Source: Candidatus Parcubacteria bacterium
GTDB taxonomy: Bacteria > Patescibacteriota > Minisyncoccia > Phycocordibacterales > Phycocordibacteraceae
Reading direction: 5' to 3'
Length of the DNA stretch: 31,713 nucleotides
NCBI GenBank assembly: GCA_027310925.1
Contig: DAICZX010000028.1
Span: 1 to 31,713 of the forward strand
Under the pieces are notes generated by a model that had not been told where the DNA came from, made no database searches, and saw only the letters and a program-made list of their open reading frames with translations. Shown here one piece after another: positions 26,464 to 31,713 of this stretch. Within the stretch, counting starts at the first letter, position 1; each line of letters starts with the position of its first letter. A program made the translations under genes and the position numbers.

Positions 26464-26871
26464 CTAAGGGGAAACCCCCGTGGAAGATGGTGTGGATTCA
26501 ACGATACGAATGGCCTCAGTGAGCACCTCGGACGGAATGGCAGATGCCTTTACGATATAACCATCAACGGCGAACTGTTTCGCCTTCCCAAAATCAGAAT
26601 CCTGACCTTGATTTGAAAGGACAATAATTTTCGAGTCTTGGGCAAGGTGATTCTTGCGTATCGCCTCAAGTGCGCCAAAGCCACCCATGCCTGGCATAAT
26701 AAGATCAATAAGAATGACGTCCGGCGCCTTCGTGTCCCCTTTCTGGAGAGCTGCCAAAAGTTCCTCGCCGCTACCAAACACACTTACGTCATGCCCGGCA
26801 TTCTTAAATTTGACCGCATAGAGATCAAGGAGAAATTTATCATCGTCGACGAGATACACGCGATAGGTCAT
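26464..26871 (-). CDS. Single-domain response regulator receiver
   Basis: LVDDD, LIDLIMPGMGG, IVLSN and YIVK motifs. Start moved to MTYRV, 7 nt after TATACT. Confidence 0.9.
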   Translation of the reverse strand: MTYRVYLVDDDKFLLDLYAVKFKNAGHDVSVFGSGEELLAALQKGDTKAPDVILIDLIMPGMGGFGALEAIRKNHLAQDSKIIVLSNQGQDSDFGKAKQFAVDGYIVKASAIPSEVLTEAIRIVESTPSSTGVSP

Positions 26872-26897
26872 TGGTGAAAGTATACTACGTCCGTACG

Positions 26898-28688
26898 TCA
26901 ATTCGTGTCCCCGACGGGGAGAAGTTCCCCGCCAAGCGTATTGACCTCCTCGAAAGGAATCTCCCCTGCGAGCGCCTTTAAGATGGCACTTTCACGCATG
27001 GTAAACATACCGCCCGCCCGTGCGACGGCATACACACTCTCTTCGACCGGCTCTTTCAACACCACTTTTTCAAGATCCTTATCCATACGTAGCACCTCAA
27101 AAACTGCGGTACGGCCACGCGTGCCATTCGGACATTCATCCGTCGATCCTGCGTGATAGAACTGGGTGAACGGTGGTAATTCGCGACGATACTTCTCGGG
27201 CAAGTCGGCAAAATCCCGTTCAATTAGTTCCTTTACACTTTCCGTGACCGGGAAGGCCTTCCCAGCGCCTTCGCAAATCTTACGAACTAATCGTTGCCCG
27301 ATGACGGAAACGAGTGTCGGCGCAATAAAAAATGGATCGACACCCATGTCGATAAGACGCGGGATTGCCCCTGCAGCGGTATTGGTATGAATGGTAGAAA
27401 AAACAAGGTGACCGGTTAGCGCCGCCTGCACCGCGAGCACCGCAGTTTCTTTGTCGCGAATTTCGCCAACCATGATGATATCCGGATCTTGGCGGAGGAT
27501 AGAGCGCAGTCCGTTCGCAAATGTATACTCGATTTCCGGCCGTACCTGGCTTTGCGCGACTCCGGGAATTTCGTATTCAACCGGATCCTCAAGTGAAACA
27601 ACATTGAATTTCTCACGATCAAGCTCGGAGAGCATCGCAAAAAGCGTAGTCGATTTCCCAGACCCGGTCGGTCCGGCAATGAGAATGATGCCATAGGGCG
27701 CCTGCATCATGGTACGGACGGAGGTAAGCTGCTCTTTTGAAAATCCGATTGAATCCAGAGTCGCCGTCGCGGTCGACTGGTCGAGAATGCGCATCACAAC
27801 CTTCTCACCGAATTCAGTCGGAAATGTGGAGACACGAAAATCGATACGATGCTTTTCAACGGATGCGGAAAAACGTCCGTCTTGCGGCTTACGCTTTTCA
27901 TCAAGGCGTAGTTTCGCAAGTATCTTGACGCGCGCGACGACTGCCTCGTGCACGTTCCGCGGCAACTCAAGAGAAGTATGGAGAATACCATCGGTACGAA
28001 AACGAACCCGCGTCTTTGTTGGCGAAGGTTCAATATGAATATCGGATGAATGCCCTTCAATGGCATAACGCAGTAGCGTTGAGACGATTTTTGTGACAGG
28101 AGCGTCTTCTTTTAAAGACTCACGAGGGCCAGAGAGATTAAGTGCCTCGCCCGTAGACGTAATCGAGTCTCCCGAGGAAACTGGCGTTCCCGAGGTCGGA
28201 GGCGCTCCGGCGGAAGGAGGTTTCGAAACCGTTTCGTATTCAGAAAGTGCTTTGCCGACCTCACCCGAGAGATTTTGATACGCGTCAAGTACACGATTGA
28301 AATCATCCTTCGTAATGAGAACGATTTTGTAGGGTATGCCAATTTTTCCCGATATGAATTGCAGCGCATCAAACGCTTCTATATTGTCTGGATCAGTAAT
28401 GCCAACCTCAAGTGCGCCCTCTACGATATCAAGCGGCACGAATCCATAATAGCGTGCCGAATCAACTGGAATATAGCTGAGCACGTCATCATTGGCAGGA
28501 GTATCCCCCAACACGCGAGTTGGAAACCCGTACAAACCACCCGCAACGGCAAGCGCATCCTTGACTGTAATTCCATGTTCGGAAAGCGTCTCGGAAAGTG
28601 GACGATGCTTCGCAAGCTCGGCCTCCGCCTTCGCACGATCATTTGCGGAAAGAAGACCTTTTTCAACAAGTAGCTCGAGAAGATTCAT
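26898..28688 (-). CDS. pilB: Type IV pilus assembly ATPase (PilB/GspE)
   Basis: SDIHIEP, RFRTDG, PQDGRF, GPTGSGKSTT and LRQDPDIIMVGEIRD motifs. Confidence 0.95.
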   Translation of the reverse strand: MNLLELLVEKGLLSANDRAKAEAELAKHRPLSETLSEHGITVKDALAVAGGLYGFPTRVLGDTPANDDVLSYIPVDSARYYGFVPLDIVEGALEVGITDPDNIEAFDALQFISGKIGIPYKIVLITKDDFNRVLDAYQNLSGEVGKALSEYETVSKPPSAGAPPTSGTPVSSGDSITSTGEALNLSGPRESLKEDAPVTKIVSTLLRYAIEGHSSDIHIEPSPTKTRVRFRTDGILHTSLELPRNVHEAVVARVKILAKLRLDEKRKPQDGRFSASVEKHRIDFRVSTFPTEFGEKVVMRILDQSTATATLDSIGFSKEQLTSVRTMMQAPYGIILIAGPTGSGKSTTLFAMLSELDREKFNVVSLEDPVEYEIPGVAQSQVRPEIEYTFANGLRSILRQDPDIIMVGEIRDKETAVLAVQAALTGHLVFSTIHTNTAAGAIPRLIDMGVDPFFIAPTLVSVIGQRLVRKICEGAGKAFPVTESVKELIERDFADLPEKYRRELPPFTQFYHAGSTDECPNGTRGRTAVFEVLRMDKDLEKVVLKEPVEESVYAVARAGGMFTMRESAILKALAGEIPFEEVNTLGGELLPVGDTN

Positions 28689-28691
28689 TAC

Positions 28692-28991
28692 TTAATGCCC
28701 AGTCACGCCAGGAATAGGCGCCAGTGGATCAGGACGACCAGACGGTTCTGGTAAGACGGTCGTCGTAATGTCAACAAGCGCATTGAAACGTGGATCCGAG
28801 AAAATACTGGTATTGAATGAAATCGGTTTGAGGTCGCCAACTAGTGTCTCAAATTGCGCCTGTGCCTGATTTACAGGCACGTTATTAGTGGACAAGGGCG
28901 GTTGATTCCCTGTTCCCGTGAAGAAGTACCAGTATGCACCGGCTGCGAGAAGGAGCGTGATGACGATGATAACGATTGTGTTTGATTTCAT
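28692..28991 (-). CDS. Small membrane-anchored pilus-associated protein (PilP position)
   Basis: N-terminal TM and GRPDPLAP; position in the pilMNO-pilB operon. Confidence 0.65.
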   Translation of the reverse strand: MKSNTIVIIVITLLLAAGAYWYFFTGTGNQPPLSTNNVPVNQAQAQFETLVGDLKPISFNTSIFSDPRFNALVDITTTVLPEPSGRPDPLAPIPGVTGH

Positions 28992-29007
28992 ATCTCAAAA
29001 ATCACTT

Positions 29008-29568
29008 TTAGCGCAGCCAGTAAATACGCATCGTAATACTGTAATTATAGACCCCAGTGTCGGAGCCAGCTATAGTAATGGACCGAACATCTATAAGACG
29101 CTCGCTCTCTTCTACACCACTCAGAAACGCATTCAAGGCAGCATAGGTTCCGACCGCAGAAAGAGAGATATCGATTGATCCAACCGGGTTTGTAGCCGCC
29201 GAAAGCCCGGCGGTATTTGAATTTCCAGATCCTGCAGATGTTCCATTTGTTATAACATTGATATTGGAGAGCGAGATTCCACTCCGAGCTGCAAGCGCGT
29301 CCAAATCGAGAACGAAACCAACATCATCGACCGAACTTGGAAGAAATGTGGCGAGTCGTGTGAGATTCGTGGGATCAATTGCGGCGCGCGCTTGAATAAG
29401 TTGATTCTGTTGAACAGAATAGGAATTTGCGGCGGAAAGTGCCTGATCGTCATAAGCAATAGCCGCCTTCGCTACTGCTATCGACCCAGTCCACGTTGGA
29501 CTCACATATCCAAAAAATATACCGACAGCAATTATGAGCGCTACGATGGGAAGGATGCGGCTAGTCAT
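29008..29568 (-). CDS. pilO: PilO-like pilus alignment protein
   Basis: N-terminal TM, FLP..VD, SAVGTYAALNAFLSGVEESERLIDV. Confidence 0.75.
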   Translation of the reverse strand: MTSRILPIVALIIAVGIFFGYVSPTWTGSIAVAKAAIAYDDQALSAANSYSVQQNQLIQARAAIDPTNLTRLATFLPSSVDDVGFVLDLDALAARSGISLSNINVITNGTSAGSGNSNTAGLSAATNPVGSIDISLSAVGTYAALNAFLSGVEESERLIDVRSITIAGSDTGVYNYSITMRIYWLR

Positions 29569-30224
29569 GGTGTTAGTGCGGACGAAGACGCTGTCATGAG
29601 TGAGGATGTGGATGTAGTAGACGACGGTGATGCAAAGGCGATGAGTTTCGGATCAAGCGAAGCAGAAAGTGCAAACGACACGGAATTATCTTTATTAACG
29701 ACAAAGTTTGAAAAGACTGCATCCTTGATGCGCCCGTCGGCGGCAAACGCGTTTGAAGTAGCTGCAAGTGCGTTGAAAGTCTTTGCGACGCCCGTACCGT
29801 CAAAAGTAATGGATTCTCCGCCAGTAGTGCCAGGAGCGGCAGTACCAATCGAAAGTTGAATAGAGGTGAAACGGACCGTTGCTGGCAACAATGTATCAAG
29901 CGCTGTAAAGAAACCGGAAAACGCGACATGGTTTGAGAGAAGTTCCTCACTCGAGTCAAGACGATCGCGCAATTGCACAAAGCTCTCGACCGTCGCTGGG
30001 TCAAGCCCCGCTTCCGCCTTTTGGAGAATCATGTCTTTTGAGCTCTGAGTCGCGGCAAGAATTCGACCATAAAGGAAAACGCCAATTGCGAGTGCGAAAG
30101 TGATACCGAGAACTGCATATGCGAGAAAACCAAACGCGCCGGTGAAATCGCTATGTGGCTTGCGCGCGGCAGCGGATGCTGGCCGGGGAACAAATGAAGT
30201 CGGTATCGTGTGAGGAAGGTCCAT
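29565..30224 (-). CDS. pilN: PilN-like pilus alignment protein
   Basis: TM helix, coiled coil and ferredoxin-like C-terminus; lies between pilM and pilO. Start moved to MDLPH. Confidence 0.7.
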   Translation of the reverse strand: MDLPHTIPTSFVPRPASAAARKPHSDFTGAFGFLAYAVLGITFALAIGVFLYGRILAATQSSKDMILQKAEAGLDPATVESFVQLRDRLDSSEELLSNHVAFSGFFTALDTLLPATVRFTSIQLSIGTAAPGTTGGESITFDGTGVAKTFNALAATSNAFAADGRIKDAVFSNFVVNKDNSVSFALSASLDPKLIAFASPSSTTSTSSLMTASSSALTP

Positions 30225-30286
30225 TTCTATTTTAGTATACAATGCTTACACAAATGTCACGTGGGATACCTGTGTAAAACACATGT

Positions 30287-31384
30287 TTATATCTCCTCAA
30301 GTTTGCGGAGCGCTAAACCAACAGCGACAGCGAACTCTGGACCGATCTCCTTAAGAATTGGCCGCATGAAAGCGGGCGCTTCGGTTTTCATAAAAGGATC
30401 CGCGACACGCACGTCAATCGAGAAAATTCCTTTTGCGTAGGTACCTAGTTCTTTCGTCACCCCACCGCCACCCGTGAGTACAATGGAAGTGATTGATTTC
30501 TTTTGCGCCGTTTCATACTGCACAAGAACACGTCGCGCCTCGGAGAAAATACGTGAAAAGACGAGTTCTGGACCTCCGAGCACGTCAGAGCCACCAATAC
30601 CCTCTTCTTTTTTTAAGGCTTCCGCTCGTGCAAAAGGGAGATTGCCAGAAACCGAAATGGCGCGCGTAATGTCCTGGCTTCCCACGCTTATCGAGTGAGA
30701 GGACGCCACGACACCATGCTCAATGACATAAGTTTTCGTTGAGGCCGCACCAACATCAAGCACCATGACCGGCTTTACCTGCTCCTCAACTACCGATCGG
30801 AGTGTACTGAAAATCTCAATCTCATAAAAACTTGCGATAAGTTCCGTACTCGTGACAACCTTCTGAAGTAAAGATAGTTCATCATTTGAAACGGCAACCA
30901 GGAGCACGTCGACTTTCTCACGAGTAGCTGTGGTATTCGAAGAACCCCCTTCTGTGGGCTGGGAAGGATTCGCCTTGGGCACAATGAACCAATCGAGCTG
31001 CACTTCACTCACCGGGATGGGAATGTACTTACGCGCCTCAAGTTCAATGACTGTTTTCTGTTCTGCGGGATCCTTACGATACGGCAAGGTTACTAGAGTG
31101 AGAAGCGAACGCGCAAAGGGTATCGAAACACCACAACTCCTCGTGGTTACCTTTGCCTCCCGCAGCAGATCTCTTAATGTTTCGATGGTTTGCTCAGCGG
31201 AAAGGTTCATTGCTTGCCCAACCTCAAAACCGCCATACGGACCGAGCGCAAGTTCCCCATAGGTTTCAAGCACTGCCTTCCCATGCTCCTTGCGTAGCTG
31301 CACAACTTTCAGAGACGACGAGCCGATGTCGACGCCAAGGACACTCTTTTCCTTTTTTGCGAATAGAGAATCAAGAAACGACAT
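30287..31384 (-). CDS. pilM: Type IV pilus assembly protein PilM
   Basis: LGVDIGSSSLKVV, LDVGAASTK, LTGGGG and FAVAVGLALR (actin-like fold). Confidence 0.93.
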   Translation of the reverse strand: MSFLDSLFAKKEKSVLGVDIGSSSLKVVQLRKEHGKAVLETYGELALGPYGGFEVGQAMNLSAEQTIETLRDLLREAKVTTRSCGVSIPFARSLLTLVTLPYRKDPAEQKTVIELEARKYIPIPVSEVQLDWFIVPKANPSQPTEGGSSNTTATREKVDVLLVAVSNDELSLLQKVVTSTELIASFYEIEIFSTLRSVVEEQVKPVMVLDVGAASTKTYVIEHGVVASSHSISVGSQDITRAISVSGNLPFARAEALKKEEGIGGSDVLGGPELVFSRIFSEARRVLVQYETAQKKSITSIVLTGGGGVTKELGTYAKGIFSIDVRVADPFMKTEAPAFMRPILKEIGPEFAVAVGLALRKLEEI

Positions 31385-31549
31385 ATTGAAATAATACCAT
31401 GATGCATTCCTTGAATATTTTCTTTATTTCAAGCCTATGTGGACGAAATAATTTTGTGAAATATTTTACTCTATGGATTCCTAGAGTTCGCGAGGCCCGT
31501 GACTAAATCGCTCGCCCTTGTCCATCAAGTTTGATATCCTGACCTTTAC

Positions 31550-31636
31550 GGAGACGTGGCTGAGTGGTCGAAAGCACCTCGCTGCTAATGAGGCAGGGGA
31601 GAAATCCTCTCGTGGGTTCAAATCCCACCGTCTCCG
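31550..31636 (+). tRNA. tRNA-Ser (GCT)
   Basis: Acceptor GGAGACG/CGTCTCC, anticodon arm CCTCG-CT GCT AA-TGAGG, long variable arm, GTGGGTTCAAATCCCAC T-arm, G73; CCA not encoded. Confidence 0.95.
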
Positions 31637-31713
31637 CACTTGATACTTTTTATCGGACAGACTCGAGAATCTTGTTTTGTCAGCATTGAGCTATAATTAA
31701 AATTGTAATGGAT

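Overview
Chromosomal segment of a reduced-genome bacterium, most likely Patescibacteria/CPR (Parcubacteria-like; inferred from the secretin-less type IV pilus cluster, gene order and near-absence of Shine-Dalgarno sites). Left to right: (1) MFS/adaptor efflux operon with MarR, a ZIP transporter and a YibE/F protein (1-7.1 kb). (2) An accessory island (~7.1-14.5 kb) that runs up to the 3' end of a tRNA-fMet gene. It holds a decayed IS30, a decayed IS200-type tnpA fused to a glycosylase-like fragment, and pyrE-pyrF. It also holds a tandem array of gene cassettes, each bounded by a repeated 21-bp core that overlaps the tRNA 3' end and by CGGTACWGTAC boxes at fixed spacings. The two full cassettes carry a HExxH peptidase-like gene and a GxSxG hydrolase-like gene; no recombinase gene is in the window. 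(3) tRNA-fMet split by a 220-nt group I intron. (4) A single-chain PheRS (catalytic domain plus anticodon-binding domain), gatA, gatC and ligA. (5) A type IV pilus cluster (pilM/N/O, pilB, response regulator, pilT, pilC, pilin, pilD, four minor pilins) and tRNA-Ser(GCT). All calls come from motif recognition by eye; no database searches were run.
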